Positions 38,698 to 49,560 of a DNA stretch of 64,000 nucleotides are shown piece after piece. Origin of the DNA: Candidatus Poribacteria bacterium (GTDB taxonomy: Bacteria > Poribacteria > WGA-4E > WGA-3G); contig CBDBFU010000002.1 of NCBI GenBank assembly GCA_965205025.1, forward strand, positions 192,001 to 256,000, read 5' to 3'. Positions within the stretch are counted from its first letter, which is position 1, and each line of letters opens with the position of its first letter. The notes below the pieces were generated by a model, which made no database searches, had not been told where the DNA came from, and was given only the letters and a program-made list of their open reading frames with translations. The translations under genes and the position numbers were made by a program.

Positions 38698-39222
38698 AAC
38701 GTGAGTTTGATAAATCAGATTTTTATGTTTGAATCAACGGTATGAATGCTATTTAGCATTCCCCGTGGTTAGGAAACCGCACCATAGGCGTCAATTTAGT
38801 GCACATCCAAGAACGGTAGTTTCGGTTTCCTAACCGAAGCGGATTATACGGGAAGGCTTTCAATCCAAGGTTTGGCACAAATTTGGTGCGGTTGGGAAAC
38901 CGCACCTACCGGACTGGGATACAACATTTTTTCTCCTAAATTGACGCCTATGAATCAAGGAATCAACGGTATGAATGACATATGAAGATTAATTTTTAAA
39001 TTCGGTAATTTTAAAGATAAAATCCAGTGCGGTTAGGAAACCGCACCTACCGGGTTTGGGAAAATTAGAATTACCGAAATATTTAGTTAATCTTCATTAG
39101 TCATTCACCGGGTATGAACGCTATTTAGCATTCCCCGTGGTTAGGAAACCGCACCTACCGAGTCTATAGGAGTGATTTTTTAAAAGAAATGAAGTTTTCT
39201 TGCCTATTATCAAACTCACGTT
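38698..39222. mobile_element. MITE family E carrying nested elements D (38783-38952), C and B (38982-39097)
   Basis: Perfect 16-bp TIRs flanked by ACAAT direct repeats. D has 17-bp TIRs CATAGGCGTCAATTTAG/CTAAATTGACGCCTATG. Confidence 0.88.
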
Positions 39223-39261
39223 ACAATAACTTTGTGAAAAGGAAGGAAATACTATAAACGA

Positions 39262-40545
39262 ATGAAATTTGGTCTGTTTTATGAACACCAAATTCCCCGT
39301 CCTTGGAACGACGGGGCAGAACACAAACTTTTCCAAGACGCTTTAGAACAGGTAGAACTTGCTGATAAACTCGGTTTTGACTATATCTGGGAGGTAGAAC
39401 ACCATTTTCTTGAGGAGTATTCACACTCCTCAGCTCCTGAAGTTTTTCTCGCTGCATGTAGCCAACGTACTGAACAAATACGTTTAGGACACGGTATTGT
39501 CCTCATGCCACCAGCCTATAATCATCCTGCCCGCGTAGCGGAACGTATAGCAACCCTTGATTTGGTATCAAACGGACGCGTAGAATGGGGTACAGGTGAA
39601 TCCGCTTCGCATATGGAACTTGGAGGATTCAACGTTGACCCAAGATGCAAACGCGAAATGTGGGAAGAATGCACGCGAGAAACCGCTAAGATGATGACAC
39701 AGTCCCCTTATGCCGGATACGACGGCAAACATTTCTCAATGCCCCCACGTAATGTCGTCCCTAAACCTCTCCAAACACCTCATCCACCACCCTGGGTAGC
39801 CTGTTCCAGTCGAGACAGTCTTCGATTTGCCGCTAAACACGGGTTAGGGGCTTTAACATTCGCCTTTGTTGATGCTACCGAGGCTCAGTTCTGGGTAGAG
39901 GAATATTATGATATATTTGAAAGCGAATGTACCCCACTCACACAAAGGGTAAATCCAAATATCGCTATGGTATCAGGATTTTCGTGCCATGCCAATGAAC
40001 AGGTCGCAATTGAACGTGGTTTAGAAGGTTTTCGCTTCTTCAGATTCGCTCTCGCACACTACTACTATAACGGTTCACAAATCCCAGGTGAAACTGATAT
40101 TTGGCAGCTTTTCAAACAATCTGAACAAGATTCTGGTGGAGAACGTGCGGGAATTGGAACGCCTGACCAAGTGCGTGAACATTTAGAGATTATGGAAGAA
40201 GCGGGTGTTGATCAAGTCGTATTTATTCAACAGGCTGGAATGAATCAACATGAAGACATTTGCGAGGCATTAGAACTCTTCGCTGACAAAGTATTGCCAG
40301 ACTTCAAAGCACGGGATACTAAACACCAGAAAACTAAGAATGAACGTCTCGCAGAAGCGATAGAAACTGCAGAAACACACAAACCCGAATTAACCTCTCT
40401 AAGTGAAACCCCACTTGTAGATTCTTACCCCATACTCAAGAAAAAACTTGAGGAAAAAACAGAAGAAGTAGACGAACCTGAAATGAGTGAAGATGGAAAG
40501 AAGTTTCTAAGTTCAATTGAGGGTGGCCCCCGACAGAATTCGTAA
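39262..40545 (+). CDS. LLM class (luciferase-like) flavin-dependent monooxygenase
   Basis: MKFGLF, WEVEHHF, HPARVAERIATLDLVSNGRVEWGTG, PKPLQTPHPP. Confidence 0.92.
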   Translation: MKFGLFYEHQIPRPWNDGAEHKLFQDALEQVELADKLGFDYIWEVEHHFLEEYSHSSAPEVFLAACSQRTEQIRLGHGIVLMPPAYNHPARVAERIATLDLVSNGRVEWGTGESASHMELGGFNVDPRCKREMWEECTRETAKMMTQSPYAGYDGKHFSMPPRNVVPKPLQTPHPPPWVACSSRDSLRFAAKHGLGALTFAFVDATEAQFWVEEYYDIFESECTPLTQRVNPNIAMVSGFSCHANEQVAIERGLEGFRFFRFALAHYYYNGSQIPGETDIWQLFKQSEQDSGGERAGIGTPDQVREHLEIMEEAGVDQVVFIQQAGMNQHEDICEALELFADKVLPDFKARDTKHQKTKNERLAEAIETAETHKPELTSLSETPLVDSYPILKKKLEEKTEEVDEPEMSEDGKKFLSSIEGGPRQNS

Positions 40546-40570
40546 AGATAACGGGTGAAGGACTGACAAC

Positions 40571-42007
40571 ATGAAAAATGTATTAGTAATTGACGACGAT
40601 GAGAAAATCTGTTGGGCATTTACACAGTTCCTTGAGAGTGAAAACTATAATCCTACTATTGCAAACAGTGCTGAAGAGGGGTTACGTCGTATCGAATCTG
40701 ATAAACCAGATGTAGTTTTACTTGATGTCAACCTACCGGGTATGAGTGGGTTAGAGGCTTTATCAGAAATAAAAACACACCACCCATGGGTAATTGTGGT
40801 TATAATTACTGCTTATGATGACGTGGAAACCACAATTGAGGCAATGCGTCTGCATGCATTCGATTTTGTCCCGAAACCAATTGATTTAGATGTTGTAAAA
40901 AGCGTCCTTGAACGTGCATTTCGTACCCAGTCTGTCCGTAGTACTTTACCCGATGAGACTGATGAGTCTACTGAACAAAGAGGACACAGACTCGTAGGCA
41001 AAAGTGAACAGATGCGAGAGATTTACAAACTCATCGGTGTAATGGCAAGCAATACAACTACTGTATTAATTGAAGGAGAAACAGGAACAGGAAAAGATCT
41101 TGTTGCACGCGCAATCCATGCGGGTAGTGAACGGAAAGATATGCCATTCATCCCTGTTGACTGTGGAGCTCTGCCCGATGAATTATTGGAAAGTGAATTA
41201 TTTGGGTACGAAGCGGGGGCATTTACGGGTGCTAAGACTCAAGGAAAACCGGGACGTTTTGAATTAGCAAATGGTGGCACTATTTTTCTTGATGAAGTAG
41301 CTAATATGACTCCTGCACTTCAGGTTAAGTTGCTCCGTACATTGCAAACACAAGAAATCGAAAGGTTAGGTGGAACGAAGACCCTAAATGTAGATGTCCG
41401 TGTAATCGCTGCAACTAATCAAGAACTCAACGAAATGGTTAAACTTGGTGAATTCAGGGCTGATCTTTACTACCGATTCAAACGTATCTCGCTACACCTG
41501 CCACCACTCAGAGAACGCCAAGAAGATATCCCTTTGCTTGTCACTCACTTTTTACAACTGATCCAATCCGAACTTGGTAAACCGATACGTGGTATTTCTG
41601 AAGAAGGTATGAACCTAATTCAAAATTATAACTGGCCCGGTAATGTACGTGAGTTAGAAAATTGTCTTAGAAGTGCTGCGACTTTATCCCGTTCAGATGT
41701 AATTCTTCCAGATGATCTCCCCGACGAAATACACACTCCTCAAGACATTAATACCTCTGATAACACACAGTTAGAAACATCTCTAAAATCCATTTTACGT
41801 GGTGTTACAAAAACTGCTATAACTGAAGGTAGTAAACAATTATACGATGACGTTGTAAGTCTAATGGATAAAGCATTGATTGAGCTGGCATTAGCTGAAT
41901 GCTCTGATAATCATAGTAAGACAGCTGAATTACTCGGTATTAGTCGGACAACCCTTATAAAGAAACTGAAACAGCAAAATAAAAGTGACGGAGATAAAGC
42001 GATATGA
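40571..42007 (+). CDS. Sigma-54-dependent response regulator (NtrC family)
   Basis: Receiver ([14 protein letters not shown]), [26 protein letters not shown], Fis-type HTH. Confidence 0.95.
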   Translation: MKNVLVIDDDEKICWAFTQFLESENYNPTIANSAEEGLRRIESDKPDVVLLDVNLPGMSGLEALSEIKTHHPWVIVVIITAYDDVETTIEAMRLHAFDFVPKPIDLDVVKSVLERAFRTQSVRSTLPDETDESTEQRGHRLVGKSEQMREIYKLIGVMASNTTTVLIEGETGTGKDLVARAIHAGSERKDMPFIPVDCGALPDELLESELFGYEAGAFTGAKTQGKPGRFELANGGTIFLDEVANMTPALQVKLLRTLQTQEIERLGGTKTLNVDVRVIAATNQELNEMVKLGEFRADLYYRFKRISLHLPPLRERQEDIPLLVTHFLQLIQSELGKPIRGISEEGMNLIQNYNWPGNVRELENCLRSAATLSRSDVILPDDLPDEIHTPQDINTSDNTQLETSLKSILRGVTKTAITEGSKQLYDDVVSLMDKALIELALAECSDNHSKTAELLGISRTTLIKKLKQQNKSDGDKAI

Positions 42008-42717
42008 ATCCTTGGATACGAATCGCTCATCGGGGTGCATCAGGAATCGCCCCGGAAAACACACTCGCAGCATTCAAGAAGGCGATTGAAATTGGGGTAG
42101 ATGCAGTTGAACTTGACCTGCAAGGCACAGCAGACAGACAGGTTGTCGTAATTCACGATGCGTTATTAGACAGAACAACTGACCAATCCGGACAAATCAA
42201 AGATATCTCCTTAGAAACAATTAAAAAGGCAGATGCCGGAACATGGTTTGATCCCAAATTTGCTGGTGAATCTGTGCCGACGCTTACTGAAGCATTAGTG
42301 TCTATAGCAGATAACGCAATTGCACTTTTGGAAATTAAAGATGTCTCTATAACCGAGTCAGTTGTCAGGATAGTTCAAAAGATGGACATGGTTGAACAGT
42401 CCGTTATTATTTCTTTCAATACCTCAGCTATACAGACAGTTCGTTCCTTAGAACCGCGTCTACCCACTGGATATATAATTGGTAGTAAAGAAAACATCGA
42501 ACCAATTCAATTATGTCAACAACTCGGTTTGCTTGGGAGTAGTCTGCTGAATGTAGATCACAGGCTTGTCACAGAAGATTTCATATACGAAATACGTCGT
42601 CGTGGAATTACATTGTGGTGTTGGACAGTTGACGATATTGATCGTATGCGAGAATTACAGGAACTCGGCATTCAAGGTATAACATCTAACCGACCTGAGT
42701 ATTTTTCACAGGTTTAG
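42004..42717 (+). CDS. Glycerophosphodiester phosphodiesterase
   Basis: IAHRGAS..APENT, VELD, VIHD, EIK, WTVD, GITSN.P. Confidence 0.93.
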   Translation: MNPWIRIAHRGASGIAPENTLAAFKKAIEIGVDAVELDLQGTADRQVVVIHDALLDRTTDQSGQIKDISLETIKKADAGTWFDPKFAGESVPTLTEALVSIADNAIALLEIKDVSITESVVRIVQKMDMVEQSVIISFNTSAIQTVRSLEPRLPTGYIIGSKENIEPIQLCQQLGLLGSSLLNVDHRLVTEDFIYEIRRRGITLWCWTVDDIDRMRELQELGIQGITSNRPEYFSQV

Positions 42718-44014
42718 CTTTACGCCAGAATTCAATCGCGATATATGCCAATATCGGATAAGAGAGTATCGTTGTTGACCAGGCAATTCCTTCCAAACCC
42801 CAATATCGCATAAAAAGCCAATTGCAAAAAGGATTTAAAACGAGTCTTATAAGTGTTGCTGTAACTACCTTGTTATGATTTTGACTTGCTAAATGAGCAC
42901 GTATCAGTAATCTACTAATTAATCTTGGGAGCAATCCTATTAGATAAACACCTAATAGAGAAGCAATATGTAGTTGTCCGTCTAAAGACAATTTTCCCTG
43001 ACCACAAAGTATCGTCACAATATCTATTCTGAAAATGTAGAATACAGCAAGTAGTGGCACCATCAATGTAATGACAACTGCAACCCCTTTCCATACGCTT
43101 TGCTGTAACTGATTCTTATCATTCGATGAAAACACCTTTGCCCAATGAGAAAGTAGAACTGGCATCGCTCCACTGGTGAGAGTTTCAGGAATAGCCCCTA
43201 ACCAAAGGGCATAAGAGAGTTTTGAAACAGAACTTGGACCTAAACTACTTGCCATACCTCTATCTACAACCGGATTCAAACCGTCTGAGATTGCTGCTCC
43301 CATCATCATAAAAGTTTGGTTTAGGAATCGTTTGGCATACGGAATTGTGTCTACCCCCGGTGCATTTTTTGAATGATAAAACATGCGGTAGATGGGAAGT
43401 TTTAATACTACGCTGCAACGGAAAAGTAATACAGTCATTTGGAATAGTTCGCCAATTATCAAAGAAAGTGGAATGCAATACCAAATGATATATTCTTTAG
43501 ACAGAAAGATTATTGCTATTACAAGGATAGAGCAAACACCTTGTACAATTAGTGGAAAATGAAATACTTGGTATGTATCTAAAATAGCCTTCAACATCCA
43601 TCGAACAGAAGCGATTACTGCAAAGATAAAAAAGCCAACAACAATACCAAATATTGTAGAGGGTGTTAATCCCGCATTTGGAAAAAATAACTGAGAAATG
43701 CCCCATGTAATAGCAACTAAAAGTCCACAAGCCCATGGCATCATCTTAATATAACGGGACAGAATGGATTGAACACATAACTGTGCTTCGGTTTCACCTT
43801 TCGCCCGTGCCTCAGCTAACAACGGAACAAGAACTGAATATGCTGAAGCAGAACTTAGCAACTCTCTCAGAAATACCGCAATACCCCAATAATAGTAGAT
43901 GAAATCCATCTCCACAGTATCCCCGAACCAATTGGCAAGGACTAATAAAATAAGAAATGTTCCCGCACGACCGATGAGACTAAGTGGTGTAACAAGAAGG
44001 ATGTTTTTGAACAT
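42686..44014 (-). CDS. MurJ/MviN-like MOP-superfamily flippase
   Basis: Polytopic membrane protein; VVDRGMAS.LG..SVSKLSYA, WGLEGIAWST. Confidence 0.8.
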   Translation of the reverse strand: MFKNILLVTPLSLIGRAGTFLILLVLANWFGDTVEMDFIYYYWGIAVFLRELLSSASAYSVLVPLLAEARAKGETEAQLCVQSILSRYIKMMPWACGLLVAITWGISQLFFPNAGLTPSTIFGIVVGFFIFAVIASVRWMLKAILDTYQVFHFPLIVQGVCSILVIAIIFLSKEYIIWYCIPLSLIIGELFQMTVLLFRCSVVLKLPIYRMFYHSKNAPGVDTIPYAKRFLNQTFMMMGAAISDGLNPVVDRGMASSLGPSSVSKLSYALWLGAIPETLTSGAMPVLLSHWAKVFSSNDKNQLQQSVWKGVAVVITLMVPLLAVFYIFRIDIVTILCGQGKLSLDGQLHIASLLGVYLIGLLPRLISRLLIRAHLASQNHNKVVTATLIRLVLNPFCNWLFMRYWGLEGIAWSTTILSYPILAYIAIEFWRKAKPVKNTQVG

Positions 44015-44190
44015 GAAAGGGTGGGTATACAGACAAATTTTGGGGATGAAGTATTCGACTAAACAGCGTTATAATATACCACATACAAGGTAACATGTCA
44101 CATCATTTCAATCTTGTTTAGTTGACCCTTAAACCTATATATGATAAATTAGGAATCGTAGGGATTTTGTATAAATAAGAAGCATTACAG

Positions 44191-44901
44191 ATGAATTTAA
44201 GAGTGGATACGTGTTTAATTGTGTTCGCAAAGAATCCGATTCCCAATCAGGTAAAAACGCGACTCATTCCAGAAGTCTCTCCTGAAGAAGCGGCATCGTT
44301 GTATAGTGCTTTCCTGATAGACTGGTGTGAAACACTGTCAAAACTTTCAAATGTAGATTTAGTGATCGCATATACACCTAAAGAATGTCAATCCGAGATA
44401 CAAACATTACTGGGTGAAGATGTTGTTTACATTCCGCAAGCAGGCATTGACCTCGGAGAACGTCTCACATCCGCAACAGAATGGGGATCTGAAACCGGAT
44501 ATAAAAAGATTATACTTGTCGGATCAGATAGTCCAACACTCCCACTATCATATATTTTTCAAGCAGTTGTAGGTTTGGATACACGCGATGTTGTTATAGG
44601 TCCAAGCGTAGATGGTGGATATTATTTAATCGGTTTTTCATCAAAGAATCTTACTACAACCGTACCATCTGTCTTTGAGGACATCGCTTGGAGTACTGCC
44701 AACGTCTTCAAACAGACAGTCGAACGGATCCATGCTATAGATGCTACTCTTAAACTTCTACCACCTTGGTATGACGTGGATACACCTGAAGACTTAGCGT
44801 TTTTACAAGCACACCTATCCGCAATGCGACTCTCTGGAAACAGTGTGCAAGCAATCAGAACAGAGAGTTTGTTATTAGAATTATTAAAGGAGAATCAATA
44901 A
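44191..44901 (+). CDS. DUF2064/TIGR04282-type glycosyltransferase-fold protein
   Basis: FAKNP.P..VKTRL, Q...DLGERL, GSDSPTL, GPS.DGGYYLIG, WST, WYDVDTPEDL. Confidence 0.88.
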   Translation: MNLRVDTCLIVFAKNPIPNQVKTRLIPEVSPEEAASLYSAFLIDWCETLSKLSNVDLVIAYTPKECQSEIQTLLGEDVVYIPQAGIDLGERLTSATEWGSETGYKKIILVGSDSPTLPLSYIFQAVVGLDTRDVVIGPSVDGGYYLIGFSSKNLTTTVPSVFEDIAWSTANVFKQTVERIHAIDATLKLLPPWYDVDTPEDLAFLQAHLSAMRLSGNSVQAIRTESLLLELLKENQ

Positions 44902-45632
44902 TGGGACAATTAGATGGAAAAGTTGCAATTGTTACTGGTGGCAATAGAGGTATTGGTAAAGGAATTGCAAAAGGACTCGCTGCTGAAGGTGCGAGTCTAA
45001 CTATTGCTGCGAGAGACGCAGAACTACTTACCGAAACAGCCAATGAAATCCGAGGAAGTGGCACTAAAGTCTTGACAGTGCCAACAGATGTTGCCGATGA
45101 AGATCAAATTAAGGCACTGTTTGAACAAGCTATGGGAGAATATAATCGCTTGGATATTCTCGTCAACAACGCCGGTGCATTTGATGGGGGTCCAATACAC
45201 GAACTATCAACTGAAGCATGGGATAAGGTGATAGGTGTAAATCTACGTGCGCCATTTCTATGCTCTCGTGAAGCAATGGGTATTATGATTGAACAGGGGC
45301 ATGGGGGACGTATTATCAATGTGGGTAGTATTTCTGCCCATCGTGTCCGGCCGCGTAGTGCTCCATATAGTGCAAGTAAATTCGGAATATGGGGTTTAAC
45401 GCAGGTGATAGCTTTAGAAGGAAGACCGCATGGAATCACGGCAAGTTGCCTGCAACCCGGAAATACCTATGTTGAGCGTATTCAGAATCGTCCACATCCT
45501 CCGACTGAACCGATGATGGATGTTGATGACCTTGCTCAAGCTGCTGTACTTATGGCAACGCTTCCACCTAACATTAATATGTTAGAAGCGACAGTATTAC
45601 CTGTGGGTCAACTTTATGTCGGACGAGGATAG
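44901..45632 (+). CDS. Short-chain dehydrogenase/reductase
   Basis: TGGNRGIG, NNAG, S, YSASK. Confidence 0.95.
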   Translation: MGQLDGKVAIVTGGNRGIGKGIAKGLAAEGASLTIAARDAELLTETANEIRGSGTKVLTVPTDVADEDQIKALFEQAMGEYNRLDILVNNAGAFDGGPIHELSTEAWDKVIGVNLRAPFLCSREAMGIMIEQGHGGRIINVGSISAHRVRPRSAPYSASKFGIWGLTQVIALEGRPHGITASCLQPGNTYVERIQNRPHPPTEPMMDVDDLAQAAVLMATLPPNINMLEATVLPVGQLYVGRG

Positions 45633-45687
45633 TATATTTCAATCTAATACTCAATAGTAATTAATGATACAGACAACTGAAAACTAA

Positions 45688-45798
45688 TTCCACTTCTGAT
45701 AATTAAGTCTCTTTAATGTAGCATAAACTTCCAGTTTGTGCAGTATTTCAAGACATGCATAACAACTGTCCATGGGATATACATTTATAGAAATGATA
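45688..45798. mobile_element. Degenerate MITE family A, inverted orientation
   Basis: TAA-TTCCACTTCT...GTAGCATAAACTTCCAGTTTGTGC...AGAAATGATA-TAA; resembles the reverse complement of 22000-22125. Confidence 0.7.
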
Positions 45799-45820
45799 TA
45801 AAACCATTAGGAGGAAAATC

Positions 45821-47035
45821 ATGAAGGTGAATCGATCACAATTCTTGGAAGAGGGATACCTTGTTGTACGAAATGTTATCCCGTCTGACGAACTGGATGC
45901 ACTTCGGGAAAGTTATGAATTGATGGTATTGCGTCAGCGCGAAATCTGGAAAAAAGAACGAAAACCTGATGATCCGCCTGAAGGTGTATGGGAAACCTCC
46001 GCACAACCACGCCTGCTTCTCGGGCGCGATCCATTGGCTGGACTTGTTGATGAAAAGACTGCAAGCACTGTTGAAATTTGGACACACGAAAACATGCAGG
46101 GTGTAAGTAGTGAACTACTCGGTGTAGAGGATGCTGGCGTAACTGAAATGATGCTCATGTGTAGTCCGGTGAAGGATTGTGGGCCTGCTGCATGGCATCG
46201 TGACCATCATCCTATTGATACTGCTCCACTCCAAGGATACCTTGATGATATTCTGGAAACAGGTCCGCGCTATGTTCAATGGAACCTTTCGCTTTACGAC
46301 GATAGTGTGTTGTGGGTTATCCCGGGTAGCCATTTACGCGTCAATACCGATGAAGAAAACCAACAATTGTTAGCAAATCCCCGTGTGCCGTTACCTAATG
46401 GTGTTCAAACACATCTGAATGCAGGTGATGGTGTGGTCTATATTTTGCCAATTCTACACTGGGGAAGCAACTATAGCCAGAAGATGCGTCGTACAATACA
46501 TGGAGGTTTTTCAAACTATACGCACTACCAATCCTTTGACTATATAAACTATTTATCACCTCAGGTGCAAGATATGTTTGATCGATGGAATAAACGTAGT
46601 CAAGAAATGCAAAAGTGGACAGAAAACGCACTTAGAGGAGCAATTGAAAAGAACTCTAATGCTTATCTCACAGCACTGGAGAATCTACATCCGGGCAGAG
46701 GGGAGAAAGGTAAATTGTTATCTACTGTCTTTTTGTGTAAAGCTGCTTGTTTTGTGGCATTAGAACACGGTTGGGAATTAGAAGATATTCCGGATGATCT
46801 TAGAAACCGTGGGAAAGGGTTTCATTCTATTACACTTAATTGGGGACCGCCATTTGCAGAAGGTTACACTAAAGAGGAGGCAGGTATTTTATGGGAACGA
46901 TTTAAGCCGCTCGATGCATTACTAAAAACAGACGAAGAACAATTCTGTCCAGGGTTCCAATCCGGACCGATGAATTACTTTTTCAATGAGATGCCACCCA
47001 ATTATAGTGTCGCAGATTTTATTTCAGGTTGGTAA
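45821..47035 (+). CDS. Phytanoyl-CoA dioxygenase (PhyH) family protein
   Basis: F.EEGYLVVRNV, WHRD, LWVIPGSH, L.AGD......ILHWG, RRTIH. Confidence 0.88.
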   Translation: MKVNRSQFLEEGYLVVRNVIPSDELDALRESYELMVLRQREIWKKERKPDDPPEGVWETSAQPRLLLGRDPLAGLVDEKTASTVEIWTHENMQGVSSELLGVEDAGVTEMMLMCSPVKDCGPAAWHRDHHPIDTAPLQGYLDDILETGPRYVQWNLSLYDDSVLWVIPGSHLRVNTDEENQQLLANPRVPLPNGVQTHLNAGDGVVYILPILHWGSNYSQKMRRTIHGGFSNYTHYQSFDYINYLSPQVQDMFDRWNKRSQEMQKWTENALRGAIEKNSNAYLTALENLHPGRGEKGKLLSTVFLCKAACFVALEHGWELEDIPDDLRNRGKGFHSITLNWGPPFAEGYTKEEAGILWERFKPLDALLKTDEEQFCPGFQSGPMNYFFNEMPPNYSVADFISGW

Positions 47036-47118
47036 TAGCACAATAAACCATTAATGCAAAACAACCAAATCTAAAGAATGGAGTACTCTACCAGCGTGCT
47101 TTCATAACCAAGTCGTAT

Positions 47119-47940
47119 TCACTTGTATTCTTTTTTCGCCTCAGCGAGTTGCATGCGGAGTTGTTCTATTTCTTCTTCCATTTCTTTTCTACGTTGTATT
47201 TCTACTGACACCCTTTCTTCCGCTTCTGACACCCTTTCTTCCGCTTCTTCATGCAGCTCTTCCGCTTGTATTCGTAAGAATGTCTCCTCCTTAGAGGTAT
47301 TAATAGGTGTTCCATCAGGTAGAGATGGACGTAAAAGCCTCACGCCAGTTTCCACCTGTTCTTCCCATCGCAACCAAAGATTTAGTACTTCGCTGAATAT
47401 ACCACCTTCAGCATCCTGTTCCATTTCTACGATCTCCCGTGAAGGACTTAACTGCCACCCACAGAACTCTGATGGTTTATCCATTTCAGGTTGATGTATG
47501 TAATATTCTTGCACACCTATATCATTCAAATATAGACCAACTTTTTGGTTCCTGTCATGATGAGCAGTAGAATCGGAAAGAAATTCAAAAACAGCAACTG
47601 GTGCTGCGCCTTCTGCCCATGTATAAAAACTCCGTCGAAGTGGATACTTATCTACCCCAAAAACAACGTAAATATCTGGAGCAACAAATTTTGTTATATC
47701 CCCTTCTTGATAGTAAATAAAGTTGTCAACCCCAATATGAATGTGAGGATGAATTGCAAAATATCGTGAAAGTTGGTCAGAAAATGTCGTAATCTGCTCA
47801 GAGTGGAATCCGGTCGCTCCCATTGGTTCGTCGTCCTCAAAAGGATAACCTTCGATGTAAACAGTCGGATTTCCGCTGGCTTTTGGAAAAACAGGGATAT
47901 ATTTTTTCTGTTTAATGCTGAAATCGTCTAAGGTATCCAT
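47119..47940 (-). CDS. Uma2 (DUF820) family endonuclease-fold protein with coiled-coil tail
   Basis: H, APDIYVVFGV, VFEFLSDST..HD...K..LY, GVQEYY; tail repeat EAEERVS x2 (21-bp unit). Confidence 0.9.
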   Translation of the reverse strand: MDTLDDFSIKQKKYIPVFPKASGNPTVYIEGYPFEDDEPMGATGFHSEQITTFSDQLSRYFAIHPHIHIGVDNFIYYQEGDITKFVAPDIYVVFGVDKYPLRRSFYTWAEGAAPVAVFEFLSDSTAHHDRNQKVGLYLNDIGVQEYYIHQPEMDKPSEFCGWQLSPSREIVEMEQDAEGGIFSEVLNLWLRWEEQVETGVRLLRPSLPDGTPINTSKEETFLRIQAEELHEEAEERVSEAEERVSVEIQRRKEMEEEIEQLRMQLAEAKKEYK

Positions 47941-48112
47941 GCCTATCTCCGTTGTGTATATATTAGAAGATATTCACTATGTCTTTGAATTATTCGTATA
48001 TATTTTGAAAGAATAAAGCGTATTTATTGTATCATGCTTTCTTATGTATTTTAACAGAATACAACCTATTTTTCAAACACAATATATTCCCTTAAAACCC
48101 TATTAATTATAC

Positions 48113-48907
48113 CTATAATTGCAGTCCTAACATACCGCTTAGATAGAAATAGGCTTCTTCAGTATAGCGTGGCAGATTTTCTGGATCTTCAACCTCTAAT
48201 TCCAGTGTTAGATCCCCTTGATAACCTGCATCTTTTAGCGTCCCAATAATCTCTTTTAGGTTTAGTTCACCACGTCCAATACCTACGGATACGGCACCAA
48301 TGTGATCTTTAAGATGTACCGCATAGATCCGTGAACCAAACTGATGAATTGCTTTAAGTGTATCCACACCAGATGAATGAAAATGTCCTGTATCTATACA
48401 AACACCAACCCGTTCATCAGGAATAGCATCTAACACTCGCTGAAAGTCCTCAGGTTGTTCAAGCACATTGCCATGATGAGGTTCAAGGGTCAATTTAATA
48501 GAAGCATCCGATGGTATTCTCTCTAATACTTCGCGTACACAAGCGATCACTCTATCTAACGCTCCAGATTCAGTTCTGCGTTGTGCACCACTTGTTGTTA
48601 GATGTGTTGCATTAAGTTGTTCGGCAATTTCCACACACTTAGCAATTGCTTCTGCACGTACTTCAACGTCGTCATTATCATTACCACCCCATCCGGGAGG
48701 ATATAGACCTGCACACCTCATACCGGATTCATTAATGTCGTTCTTCATCCCATCTATGTCAAAACTGTGAACAGCATCAACACTCCAGATGAGAGGTCCG
48801 TGGATTTCCATCGCACGGTATCCGATTTTAGGTGCATTTACCAAAGTTGCAGCCACCTCATCATCAGCATAACCTCGGTAGCAAATAGAAGCACAAATAA
48901 TGTCCAT
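48113..48907 (-). CDS. Sugar phosphate isomerase/epimerase (xylose isomerase-like TIM barrel)
   Basis: LEPH, DTGH, HLKD, G.G, LE.E metal-binding motifs. Confidence 0.9.
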   Translation of the reverse strand: MDIICASICYRGYADDEVAATLVNAPKIGYRAMEIHGPLIWSVDAVHSFDIDGMKNDINESGMRCAGLYPPGWGGNDNDDVEVRAEAIAKCVEIAEQLNATHLTTSGAQRRTESGALDRVIACVREVLERIPSDASIKLTLEPHHGNVLEQPEDFQRVLDAIPDERVGVCIDTGHFHSSGVDTLKAIHQFGSRIYAVHLKDHIGAVSVGIGRGELNLKEIIGTLKDAGYQGDLTLELEVEDPENLPRYTEEAYFYLSGMLGLQL

Positions 48908-49007
48908 AAAACTCCTTATAGTATATAATGGTGTATTAACCTTAGTTGATAATTGACAAGTGTAATTTAAGACCTATTAAAATAAGTATCGGAGCTATAC
49001 TAAAAAG

Positions 49008-49418
49008 ATGATACAACAAATTGAAATAACCTTACCTGAATACCCGCGTGGATTTCATCTTGTTACAGATGAAATCATAAATTCTCTTGGAGAATTACCG
49101 AAAGAGGGGATACTCCATCTTTTCATTAAGCATACATCCGCGGGATTAACCATTAATGAAAATGCTGATCCAACGGTGCGGGAAGATTTTGCCAACAGTT
49201 TCGACCACATCGTCAAAGAACGTGAACCTTTTTATAGGCATACTTTAGAAGGCGATGATGATATGCCGGCACACATTAAAGCATCGCTCGTTGGTTTTAC
49301 AGTGTCTATTCCGATTACTGACCAGTGCTTAAATTTGGGTGTGTGGCAAGGCATCTATCTTTGTGAATTCCGCAATCAAGGAGGGAAACGCAACTTAACC
49401 GCGACCATTTATTCATAA
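49008..49418 (+). CDS. yjbQ: YjbQ/UPF0047 family protein
   Basis: HTSAGLTINENADPTV, H..EGDDDMPAHIK, LG.WQGIYLCE.R. Confidence 0.93.
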   Translation: MIQQIEITLPEYPRGFHLVTDEIINSLGELPKEGILHLFIKHTSAGLTINENADPTVREDFANSFDHIVKEREPFYRHTLEGDDDMPAHIKASLVGFTVSIPITDQCLNLGVWQGIYLCEFRNQGGKRNLTATIYS

Positions 49419-49471
49419 ATGAACAATTATAAAAATCTGAAAATGGTTCATGCGTACTATAATTGGTGCAT

Positions 49472-49502
49472 AATGTCACATTTTCCTACAGAATGTGACA
49501 TT
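49472..49502. terminator. Inverted repeat between convergent genes
   Basis: AATGTCACATT-N9-AATGTGACATT; could be a terminator or a protein-binding site. Confidence 0.4.
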
Positions 49503-49560
49503 GTTTCCCTGTTGCTACCCCTCTACAAAGCCTATATATCACTAACTTCACCACAGCGTT

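Noticed and set aside
38872-38890. Sigma-54 promoter (TGGCAC) for the LLM/NtrC genes
   Set aside because: No TTGC at -12, and the site lies inside repeat element D.
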